In this document: one piece after another, positions 1 to 7,656 of the stretch
Position numbering within the stretch: position 1 is the stretch's first letter
Layout of the letters: the number at the start of each line of letters is the position of its first letter
Origin: a virus
Taxonomy: Duplodnaviria > Caudoviricetes
IMG/VR virus record: IMGVR_UViG_3300048851_000175
Coordinates: 84-64,083 of that record
Reading direction: 5' to 3' (one strand)
Length of the DNA stretch: 64,000 bases
Position numbers and translations under genes: made by a program
Notes under the pieces: generated by a model
Told to the model about the DNA's origin: nothing
Seen by the model: only the letters and a program-made list of their open reading frames with translations
Database searches by the model: none

Positions 1-1
1 C

Positions 2-274
2 GCGGTCAAACCGCACGTTCTGCGTTATTGGGAGCAGGAGTTTCCTCAACTCAACCCGGTCAAGCGCCGCGGGAATCGTCGGTATTATCAGCGACAGGAT
101 GTGCTGATGATCCGCCAGATCCGCGGGCTGCTTTACGATCAGGGCTTCACCATTGGCGGCGCTCGGTTGCGCATGTCCAGCGATGAGGTCAAAGACGATT
201 CGCTGCAGTACAAGCAGCTGATCAAGCAGATGATCGTCGAGCTGGAAGATGTGTTGGTCGTGCTGCGCAAGTGA
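2..274 (+). CDS. MerR-family transcriptional regulator, 3' part (gene starts before the window)
   Basis: Frame from base 2 reads AVKPHVLRYWEQEFPQLNPVKRRGNRRYY...GFTIGGAR...LRK*, a MerR HTH signature. This gene typically precedes tRNA-Pro(GGG) in Pseudomonas. Confidence 0.9.
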   Translation, partial: AVKPHVLRYWEQEFPQLNPVKRRGNRRYYQRQDVLMIRQIRGLLYDQGFTIGGARLRMSSDEVKDDSLQYKQLIKQMIVELEDVLVVLRK

Positions 275-368
275 TGCAACGCGATCCACCGAATACTTCC
301 ATCTTTCAAAAGCTTAGGGTATATTCCTCGACGCTTTCGCAAGAACCCGCAACACATACACGCCTAGT

Positions 369-445
369 CGGGGCGTAGCGCAGTCCGGTAGCGCACTAGC
401 ATGGGGTGCTAGGGGTCGAGTGTTCGAATCACTCCGTCCCGACCA
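369..445 (+). tRNA. tRNA-Pro (anticodon GGG), intact; prophage integration target
   Basis: 77-nt cloverleaf CGGGGCGTAGCGCAG...CTAGC-AT-GGG-GT-GCTAG...GTTCGAATC...CGACCA with encoded CCA. Confidence 0.97.
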
Positions 446-448
446 TAT
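398..448 (+). repeat. attL core (51-bp direct repeat, 3' half of tRNA-Pro)
   Basis: AGCATGGGGTGCTAGGGGTCGAGTGTTCGAATCACTCCGTCCCGACCATAT is identical to 58744-58794. Confidence 0.95.
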
Positions 449-461
449 TTTTCAATGACTA

Positions 462-490
462 AGCCCAATCTTCTCAGGTTGGGCTTTTTC
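462..490 (+). terminator. Intrinsic terminator after tRNA-Pro
   Basis: AAGCCCAA-tcttctcagg-TTGGGCTT followed by a T run. Confidence 0.75.
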
Positions 491-514
491 ATGCTTCGGG
501 AGATTTTCGGGACT

Positions 515-1693
515 TCATCCTGTCTTCCTCTTCAAGATCGTTAGAACCGGTCCACGCGAGTCGGTTGCTGATACCATATTCGCAGTTTCAATCAGCTTTC
601 CGAGCTCCGCGCCGGAGTAGTGGCTGGTGATGCTGCCGTTCTTGTGTCCAAGTAGCGCCTTCCGGTCCTCCTCAGTGACACCCGCCGCGCGAAGGCGGCG
701 ACCGAATGTATGCTTCAAGTCGTGCACTCTGATGGAAGCGTATCCTGGGTGAGCGGGGCGAAGGTTTTCCTCCTGCCAGAGTTTCGCCGCGCGCGCCCTT
801 GCTTTCCTCCAAGCCGAATCGTTCATCCGCTGGATCGGCTGATCCTTATACGGGAACACCCAGTCCTTGCTCAGACCACGCTGCCCGTCGATGACCGACT
901 TCGCGATCGTGTTAAGTACAACCAGTCTCTCGTCGCCGTTCTTCACGCCCGATCGCTCATTGCGCCCTCCGAAGTCTGACGGGATCAGGAATACGCTGGT
1001 TTCCAGCTCGGGCACGTAGATTTCCCACTCCCACTTCAACTTGCAGACCTCCTGCTCGCGACACCCTGTGTTCACTTTGAACAAGGCCATCTTCTGCAGG
1101 TGCGCTGGCAACTCCCCGAAGAGAATCGATTGCTCACCCCAAGACATCGGGTATGGCTGCCGAACCTTCTTCTTCAGATCCAGTTTGGTCAGCATCGGCA
1201 CCGAGTCGAGCCAGGGTCTGCGCTCTTCATCCCGCCATTTCCTCGCGCACAGCGACAGAATCCGAATGACGCGTTCAATTGAGATGTTAACTGTCCGAGG
1301 CGCTACCGGCTTCAGCCGCTTACCGCACGGCAGCACCATACCCTCCAGCCTTTCCGCAATGAACTCCTCAAGTGCCCGATCGTCGATGTGGGTCAACGGC
1401 AGATCCTTGAGATACGGATGGAGGTGATTGAGATGGTGGGCCGATAGCGCGATGGAGGGCTGATCCTTGTACTCGAGGAGAAATCTGGTCGCTGCTTCCT
1501 CCCAGGTACGTACCCGCCGTACACCATAAATCTTCTCTTGCCGCAGTTGTTCCAACCGGTGAATCAGATACTGCTCAGCTTCTTGCCGGTCACCAGTGCC
1601 AGTGCTTTCTCGAAATCGCTGGCCCCGGAAGACTTTGTCGATCTGCCAGACTCCACCTTTCTGGTAGAGGCCGGAGATTGTTTTTCGCGCCAT
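515..1693 (-). CDS. int: Prophage tyrosine integrase
   Basis: Catalytic motifs TGCREQE (R), VKNG (K), HDLKHTFGRR (HxxK variant of HxxR), LLGH and HY (Tyr); adjacent to attL. Confidence 0.93.
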   Translation of the reverse strand: MARKTISGLYQKGGVWQIDKVFRGQRFRESTGTGDRQEAEQYLIHRLEQLRQEKIYGVRRVRTWEEAATRFLLEYKDQPSIALSAHHLNHLHPYLKDLPLTHIDDRALEEFIAERLEGMVLPCGKRLKPVAPRTVNISIERVIRILSLCARKWRDEERRPWLDSVPMLTKLDLKKKVRQPYPMSWGEQSILFGELPAHLQKMALFKVNTGCREQEVCKLKWEWEIYVPELETSVFLIPSDFGGRNERSGVKNGDERLVVLNTIAKSVIDGQRGLSKDWVFPYKDQPIQRMNDSAWRKARARAAKLWQEENLRPAHPGYASIRVHDLKHTFGRRLRAAGVTEEDRKALLGHKNGSITSHYSGAELGKLIETANMVSATDSRGPVLTILKRKTG

Positions 1694-1965
1694 CGTGTAG
1701 CTCCTTGGCGCTCGCTGCGAGGCCGATTGTTGTCTTGATTGGCAGCTTTTTCAATCGCCTTTGCGGCGATGTAGGCGTCAGCCCACTCATCGAGCTCGTG
1801 CCGGTCGAACGCGACACCCTGTTTTCCGATGGGAAACTCGCGCACATTCGGGCGTACCGTTTTGTTGAATTCATCCCGGCACATGCCGAGATAGCCAGGT
1901 GCATCGCCGAACCGAATGAATCGCGGCAGGATGCTCGTGGCCTTGGCTGCTGTGGCATTCGCCAT
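1564..1965 (-). CDS. Excisionase-like small DNA-binding protein overlapping the int 5' end
   Basis: N-terminal wHTH-like segment (RFIRFGDAPGYLGMCRDEFNKTVRP...GVAFDRHELDEWAD) directly upstream of int; 130-nt overlap with int. Confidence 0.65.
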   Translation of the reverse strand: MANATAAKATSILPRFIRFGDAPGYLGMCRDEFNKTVRPNVREFPIGKQGVAFDRHELDEWADAYIAAKAIEKAANQDNNRPRSERQGATRWREKQSPASTRKVESGRSTKSSGASDFEKALALVTGKKLSSI

Positions 1966-1985
1966 GGGCTACCTCCGTCCGGGGT

Positions 1986-2492
1986 CTATGCTGGGTTGAG
2001 TGGCGGGTACTTCGCCAGAACTTCGTCGGCAACCTTCATCGCGGCCTGGGCGTCGTTAACGTAGGCCGGATCGAAGCCGCCGCACAGATGGATGGTGGCT
2101 TGGCAGGCGTGCAGGTTCTCGCGGTTCAGCTTGAGCGCCGCCGTCAGCGCTTCGCGCGCTTCGCCCTCGGCCCGGCCAATTTCCCAGAACCGTTTCGCCC
2201 AATGCCCTTCCGGAGGCTCGTTTGAGTTCTGGTAACCGAACGCCATTGCGCCGGTGATGCTGTCGCACAAGTCGCGCTTGTAGATGTTGGCTCCGTCGAT
2301 GCCCATTGGCACGCGGCGGAGGCAGCTAAGCACCTCATCCAGGCTAACGCCCAAGTCCTTGAACACGATATCGAGCCCAGGCTTGTCCTTGGTGTAGATG
2401 GTCAAACACAGCTTGGCACCCGGCCAAAGCTGCTCACTGATTCTTACCAGGGCGTCGTTGGCTACTTCATGAAATCGTTGAGTTGCAGACAT
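1986..2492 (-). CDS. Phage early-region hypothetical protein
   Basis: Start at MSATQRF with upstream GAGG; co-oriented with the early-left operon. Confidence 0.65.
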   Translation of the reverse strand: MSATQRFHEVANDALVRISEQLWPGAKLCLTIYTKDKPGLDIVFKDLGVSLDEVLSCLRRVPMGIDGANIYKRDLCDSITGAMAFGYQNSNEPPEGHWAKRFWEIGRAEGEAREALTAALKLNRENLHACQATIHLCGGFDPAYVNDAQAAMKVADEVLAKYPPLNPA

Positions 2493-2653
2493 AGCGATAC
2501 CTCGCCCGCCGTACACCGGCAGGCATGTGGATAGAAGGGAAGGGGCGGCCGTCGTATGGGGGCAGATGGCTACCGCCGGTCAGGCGGTTATGGCCAATTG
2601 CAATGAAACAGCGAAGAGAGAGTCCTAGTTATCCCTTCGTCACGAGCAAAAAT

Positions 2654-2887
2654 ATGCTTGCTTCAGATATCCACTCGGAAAACAGCCAGGACCTGCTGAA
2701 TGAGCTCAACCAAGCCACCTCAGAGCTGATGTCGATCGACAAGACCTCCTTTGGCGGTAGGCAGTGGCAGACGGCGCATCGTCGCCAGCAGGCTGCGTTC
2801 GGGGCCTGGCTCCGTTACATCAGAAAAGACCCGGTGTTCCAGAGCAGATCAAAGGACTCTGTAGTTAAGTTGGGCGCAGGGAGATAA
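2654..2887 (+). CDS. Small moron protein (G..W..A..RQ..A..AW....RK family, paralog of 6387-6593)
   Basis: 77-aa helical ORF opposite to the operon; motif shared with 6387-6593. Confidence 0.55.
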   Translation: MLASDIHSENSQDLLNELNQATSELMSIDKTSFGGRQWQTAHRRQQAAFGAWLRYIRKDPVFQSRSKDSVVKLGAGR

Positions 2888-3085
2888 CAGCGGAGCTTTT
2901 GTGCATGTCGTCACCATTGGCCGCGCCCACCAGCAGACCGGGCCGTCATCGGTGTCATGAATCGCAAGGCAGAACCAGCCTTCGCCGTCCGGCCGGTCCG
3001 GCTCCCAGTAGCTGCAGTCCGGGTCGCCCGCTTCAAAGTAGCGATCAGATACCGTTTCGTCGCTTTGGTACTCCAGACTGACCAT
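2849..3085 (-). pseudogene. Probable C-terminal fragment of a phage protein (YWEPDRPDGEGWFCLAIHDTDDGPVCWW)
   Basis: Recognisable phage C-terminal motif but no RBS, with an in-frame stop 14 codons upstream, next to the AT-rich cassette. Confidence 0.4.
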
Positions 3086-3277
3086 TAAGAGGGGTCGCAG
3101 GCTTGCCGCGTCTGTAACGGCATCGAGTTAGCCGTAAGACCGTCAAGATTCGTATTGCCGTTATCCGGCGCCCACCCTATGCTCGCGCGGAGGGTCAGGA
3201 TTGCTCAGCAACTTGAGCATGACCCGTGGATATCGCGAGAGACAGTAGGAGTAGGTTCGCCTCGAGGTTCTCAAGGG

Positions 3278-4255
3278 ATGGAAAACAACAGTGGCCTCAA
3301 GTGGCTCAGCAAGGACGTACCATTCATGCACGCTATTGCCCCCTACTGCATTCGGTTTTACAACCCTAATAGCACAGAAAAGAATGTAGAAGATCGATAT
3401 GCTAAGTTGGACAAGCTAGGGTCTTTCGATGCATTTCAGCTCCTTGCGAACTTCGCCGATAAGCTAGATGATAAGTTTATAATAGTGGAGTCGACGAAAC
3501 AGGTTTATAGATTTAAGGGAATGAAGGTTGATGCGGTAAAAAGACAGGTTGCTGGTTTTTTTGAAGTCGGTAGCTATGGTGTAAAAAATGACATTATAGA
3601 TATAAAAACTGGAAATGTGGATTACAAAAAAACCCAAGAAAATGCCGAGATTATCCGCCACTACATTCGTTTCTTCCTGCCCGCAGGTTTCAATGAGGGT
3701 ATAGCGTTGCTGCAAACCTTCAAGGGTGCGGGTGTCAAGACTCTCCTTCATGGGTTGTTGCGTGACCATTTTCTAAAGATCACCAAATTAAACTTTCAGC
3801 TGAACCCTTTAGCTTATAAAAAAGCTTTTCAAACTTGGGAGAAGGCAACAGCAAAAGAAATAAAGCTGACAAAGTTTGAAGGCATGAGTGATATCACAGA
3901 TCAGATAAAGAAATTAGGGCATAAGGAGCAGCAGCTGATAATAAAGCCTCCCTCCAGCTCAACATTAGGTCTATTCAAGGATTACCTAAATCCCAACAGC
4001 AAAGAGTTCCAGGTTGTTGAGTTCTTGTCACCGATGTGCGCTCATGTAAAGCTAGTCGTGGAGCTAGACCGAAAGCGGCGCACGTTTACCATCGGGAGGC
4101 CCGTAGACGAGCAGGTTTGCGAAATCGCGATTGAAGAGGATGAAGTCGATTTTATAGCAGGAAACCCAGTCGCTAAGTCACTGCACAAGTGGGCACGTGA
4201 AATTCTTCAAGATCTCGCCGATTCGCTTTATCCTAAAATGGGAGTCAAAGTATGA
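3278..4255 (+). CDS. Soluble component of a two-gene defence-like cassette (RexA-like candidate)
   Basis: AT-rich ORF of ~310-325 aa (alternative start 3326 has AAGGA SD); stop overlaps the next start; no TM segments. Confidence 0.7.
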   Translation: MENNSGLKWLSKDVPFMHAIAPYCIRFYNPNSTEKNVEDRYAKLDKLGSFDAFQLLANFADKLDDKFIIVESTKQVYRFKGMKVDAVKRQVAGFFEVGSYGVKNDIIDIKTGNVDYKKTQENAEIIRHYIRFFLPAGFNEGIALLQTFKGAGVKTLLHGLLRDHFLKITKLNFQLNPLAYKKAFQTWEKATAKEIKLTKFEGMSDITDQIKKLGHKEQQLIIKPPSSSTLGLFKDYLNPNSKEFQVVEFLSPMCAHVKLVVELDRKRRTFTIGRPVDEQVCEIAIEEDEVDFIAGNPVAKSLHKWAREILQDLADSLYPKMGVKV

Positions 4256-4791
4256 GCAGCAAGATTAACGTCGGGGATATCGTCCTAGGCCATATTGCTA
4301 CACTATCCGACCCCTCTGGAAATAGATCGATGGCAGACTATTTCACCTTTTTTTTGATACCCGGTTTAGTGTGCGCTCTGGGTTTATTGGCCGGTTACAA
4401 TCTTAACAAAGATGTTTCATCCATGCTTGTTAACTTCGGCGCCATCTTCACCGCCTTGCTATTGTCTGTGTTGGTCCTGGTCCACGATCAAGAGAGTAAG
4501 CTAGCTTCAGCTGCGAAGGCTGATCCTTTACTGCAGCCCAAAAAGATACTACTGGGTCAGTTGTATTACAATATTTGTTTTTCTATACTCAGCTCGATAG
4601 TTTTAGTGGCACTTTGCTTTGTGCACTCTGTGATAATCAGGCTCAGCTGGGATTTCATGCTCGATGGGGAGCTAATACATTTTAGTTTTGCGAAATTTAT
4701 TATCACGCCGGTGATAATTTTCGTCACTGCAAACTTGCTCCTTACGATCGTGATGATTGTGAAAAGAATGCATGCGATGTTGACTATCTGA
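4252..4791 (+). CDS. Four-TM membrane protein (RexB-like candidate)
   Basis: Four hydrophobic spans (YFTFFLIPGLVCALGLLA; LVNFGAIFTALLLSVLVLV; ICFSILSSIVLVALCFV; IITPVIIFVTANLLLTIVMIV); ATGA-coupled to the upstream gene. Confidence 0.75.
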   Translation: MSSKINVGDIVLGHIATLSDPSGNRSMADYFTFFLIPGLVCALGLLAGYNLNKDVSSMLVNFGAIFTALLLSVLVLVHDQESKLASAAKADPLLQPKKILLGQLYYNICFSILSSIVLVALCFVHSVIIRLSWDFMLDGELIHFSFAKFIITPVIIFVTANLLLTIVMIVKRMHAMLTI

Positions 4792-4804
4792 GGGCTATAG
4801 GCCG

Positions 4805-6043
4805 TCAAATTTGGAACATATCCAGCTGATCGAGCATCTGATCAGTATTGTTTGGCGTTCTTTGCCGCTGCTCATACTCTATACGGCTTCTCGCGATGGC
4901 CAAGTATTCGACATCCAGCTCGCAGCCGATAAATCGAAACCCTTCTCTAATCGCGGCTTTTCCAGTGCTGCCGCTGCCCATGAAAGGATCCAGCGCCACG
5001 CCGTGAACTGGTGTGACCAGGCGCAGCAGATAGGCCATCAGCTCGGTGGGTTTAACAGTCGGGTGGTGGTTGCCGTTCCGCGCCGGCCAGTCCGCTTTCT
5101 CTCGCTCGCGCATGGTGGCTTCCTTCGCCACGGCAGGTTGATCACCGCTGCCCAACCCCTCGTTGCGATCAGCACGACTGGCCTTCGCGCAGTAGAAGAA
5201 CCTCGCAGCGCTGCCGGCATCCAGCCGCCTGATACCCGGTCGCATCTGAAACCCGACGCCGCCGAAGTTGGCGCTGTTGGCTGAGGCTTCGTTACCGCGC
5301 CGCATCACACCGTATACATTCTGGTTTTTTCTGGACTCGGCACTGAGGCTCGTGTTTGCAAGCTGTCCCGGCGCATCTGGAAACGCCTCGAGTACTTCGT
5401 CGCTGCCATCGTGCATCAGGTTGGCGGGCCACCTCCCGAGCGCGGTTGCTTTATCCACGTTGGCGCGAGATTTATCAGCGTGCTTCTGCACGTGTTCTGG
5501 GTCATGCATCCACGGCCGCGACCATCCTTCTGGTTTGGACATCTTGCCCGTCTCATCGCCGCCGCCTAAACGCTCGCCGGTCGGCGAAACCCGGCAACGG
5601 TCTATGTGTATGGCGCCTGTTCCGAACGCTGCGACGTTGATCGCCACGGTGCCAATCAACGGCTTGCGTGCCATGGTGATCGGCTCAAGCGCCGGCTTCA
5701 GTGCGGTACCCCAGCCCTGATGTTCGCCGCTGAGGTTGTGAGACTTGGGAAAACCGGAGCCATAAACCCAAGCGATCATGTCGCGAATTTCAAACCCGGC
5801 GTCCTCGATGCGAACCGCCATGCGGTGTTGAGTGCGCGTCCCGGCGAAAGCCAGCAGATGGCCGCCTGGCTTGAGCACCCGAAGGCATTCGCTCCAGATC
5901 TCCACGCTGGGCACGTCGTAGTCCCACTTTTTGCCCATAAAGCGCAGCCCGTAGGGCGGGTCCGTCACAATGCTGTCGATGGAGTCGGCAGGCATGCCGC
6001 GCAGCATCTCAAGGCAATCGCCCAGGTATAGTTCGTATGTCAT
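4805..6043 (-). CDS. Orphan beta-class N6A/N4C DNA methyltransferase
   Basis: Motif IV VTDPPY near the N-terminus, HPTVKP, and motif I LDPFMGSGSTG near the C-terminus. Confidence 0.9.
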   Translation of the reverse strand: MTYELYLGDCLEMLRGMPADSIDSIVTDPPYGLRFMGKKWDYDVPSVEIWSECLRVLKPGGHLLAFAGTRTQHRMAVRIEDAGFEIRDMIAWVYGSGFPKSHNLSGEHQGWGTALKPALEPITMARKPLIGTVAINVAAFGTGAIHIDRCRVSPTGERLGGGDETGKMSKPEGWSRPWMHDPEHVQKHADKSRANVDKATALGRWPANLMHDGSDEVLEAFPDAPGQLANTSLSAESRKNQNVYGVMRRGNEASANSANFGGVGFQMRPGIRRLDAGSAARFFYCAKASRADRNEGLGSGDQPAVAKEATMREREKADWPARNGNHHPTVKPTELMAYLLRLVTPVHGVALDPFMGSGSTGKAAIREGFRFIGCELDVEYLAIARSRIEYEQRQRTPNNTDQMLDQLDMFQI

Positions 6044-6108
6044 GGTTCGATTCCATGCGCTGGAGAAAATGGCCTACGCTTTACCGCTCCACAGGAAGGG
6101 ATACGGTC

Positions 6109-6312
6109 ATGAGCGAAGACAGGAGGTTTGCGATCGGACTGGCGCTGAAGGCTGTACTCAGCGCGGCGCATAAGCAGGGTCTGAATCTGGATGATCTATC
6201 GGAAGCGGCAGCTGATGAGCTGCTGCGATACCGAGCGTATGACGCAGAGCATGTCCCGATGGCCATTTCCGAAATCGAGGCGGCGGTTGATGCTCTACAT
6301 GTCGACCGCTGA
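6109..6312 (+). CDS. Small acidic helical protein (paralog of 6643-6846)
   Basis: MSEDR...ALKAVL.AA start; upstream GGAAGGG; ungapped match to 6643-6846. Confidence 0.7.
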   Translation: MSEDRRFAIGLALKAVLSAAHKQGLNLDDLSEAAADELLRYRAYDAEHVPMAISEIEAAVDALHVDR

Positions 6313-6386
6313 TCGCCAACCTGGGGGCCTGGGAAAAACCTTTGTAACGGGCTCAAAGTCCACGGATTGTCACAGGGAGGTTCCAT

Positions 6387-6593
6387 ATGGCACCCATTAC
6401 AGAGATCAACAGCAGACGTTGCCCCGAAGTAACCGCAGCTGCAGCGGAATTACGCCTTGCGCTTCACGCGGTACGGGAGCTTGTCAGGCAAGGAAACACA
6501 AGCGGAGAGGCCTGGAACCTAGCAGACCTCCGCCAGCATAAAGCCACCGTTGCCTGGCGAATAGCACTGCGGAAGGTGCGGGCTCCGATCTAA
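6387..6593 (+). CDS. Small moron protein (paralog of 2654-2887)
   Basis: GGAGG SD; motif GEAWNLADLRQHKATVAWRIALRK. Confidence 0.6.
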   Translation: MAPITEINSRRCPEVTAAAAELRLALHAVRELVRQGNTSGEAWNLADLRQHKATVAWRIALRKVRAPI

Positions 6594-6642
6594 GTGCCGT
6601 ACCTGTCGGATTACAACTACATCAACTGAAAGGATGCACGTT

Positions 6643-6846
6643 ATGAGCGAAGACAGGGAAAGGGTTTTGCGGGTGGCGCTGAAGGCGGTGCTGGTTGCTG
6701 CGCAGGAATGCTGCGTTGATATCGACGAGCTCACGGAGCTGGCGATTCAGTCGATGTACGGCGAGCAGCTCTACAACCCCGCGGATGTGGCGGAAGCCTC
6801 AACTGCGATTGAAGTGGCGGCTGATGCGCTTCCGGCGATCCATTGA
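6643..6846 (+). CDS. Small acidic helical protein (paralog of 6109-6312)
   Basis: AAAGGA SD; about 26 of 67 residues identical to 6109-6312 by hand alignment. Confidence 0.7.
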   Translation: MSEDRERVLRVALKAVLVAAQECCVDIDELTELAIQSMYGEQLYNPADVAEASTAIEVAADALPAIH

Positions 6847-7551
6847 TCAGGCAGCTTCAGATGCGGTTTCTGCTTCGGTCCAAGCCGGCAGAAACCCTTT
6901 CAAATCTTCACCGCGCATCGGCATGAGCACGCCCACAAAGCGCTCGATCAGGTCAAGACTATTGAACCGCACGATCACTGAGCCTTTGTCTTCGCCAGTT
7001 TCAAGGTGCATCCCGCCGCCTCCGAAACGCTTCTGCCCAGACAGCATCACGCCGATCTTGTTCAACACTTCCAGGTATTCGCCGTTAAAGCACGGATACG
7101 AACCCTCGAATTGCTGGCGTTTCTTTGGAATCACGCGGCGCCAGTTTGGAAATAAGCCGTCGACCAGGTCGGTTTTCTCAGTCAGGTGCGAGAATTTCCC
7201 GAACAGCTCTGGCTCGTCCGAGACTTCGGCCAGGCTGGTGATGAGCGAGAATTTTTCCGCAATCCAGAGCACCGCGGGTGGCTCGCCGTCCGGCCCTTTA
7301 CGGGCGGCGCAGGCAGATAACATCCGCTTGGAGACGGTTCCGATGAGAACCGACTTGTGTTCAGGATGAATCCAACCGTCGGGGTCGTGGATGGCGCCCA
7401 TGAAGTGACCATTTGTGGCGACGATGACGACGCCGCCGGCTGCATGGGGCTCAATCTGGACGGCGTTGAGGTAGTAGCGAACATCACCCTTGGCGGCGCA
7501 CTGGTGGATGGCAGCGAAGTACTTCGGGTTGACGCGGGCGAGGTATTTCAT
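6847..7551 (-). CDS. Truncated DNA polymerase III beta-clamp-like protein
   Basis: DVRYYLNAV, VATNGH, LVDGLFPNWRRVIPK, FNGEYL and VLMPMR match DnaN domain II/III motifs (DVRYYLNG, VATDGHRL, LVDGRFPDYRRVLPK, FNVSYV, VVMPMR). Confidence 0.8.
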   Translation of the reverse strand: MKYLARVNPKYFAAIHQCAAKGDVRYYLNAVQIEPHAAGGVVIVATNGHFMGAIHDPDGWIHPEHKSVLIGTVSKRMLSACAARKGPDGEPPAVLWIAEKFSLITSLAEVSDEPELFGKFSHLTEKTDLVDGLFPNWRRVIPKKRQQFEGSYPCFNGEYLEVLNKIGVMLSGQKRFGGGGMHLETGEDKGSVIVRFNSLDLIERFVGVLMPMRGEDLKGFLPAWTEAETASEAA

Positions 7552-7656
7552 GGTTTTCTCCATGGCATGCGCCGTCCTCCGATACGGGACGGTGGCGAAT
7601 AGGATGGTGGTGGGCTATACGTGGTGACCGGCATGGGGCCGGTTAAGGAGTAGGCT

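Noticed and set aside
139-357. 72-aa minus-strand ORF
   Set aside because: Antisense to the MerR gene and the tRNA promoter region.
3155-3277. ORF-track N-terminal extension of the RexA-like gene
   Set aside because: TTG start with no SD and GC-richer composition; the starts at 3278 or 3326 have better RBS context.
3155-4791. Calling the cassette Kiwa (kwaAB)
   Set aside because: The gene order is reversed relative to Kiwa (TM gene first there) and I could not see KwaB motifs; left as Rex-like pending a profile search.
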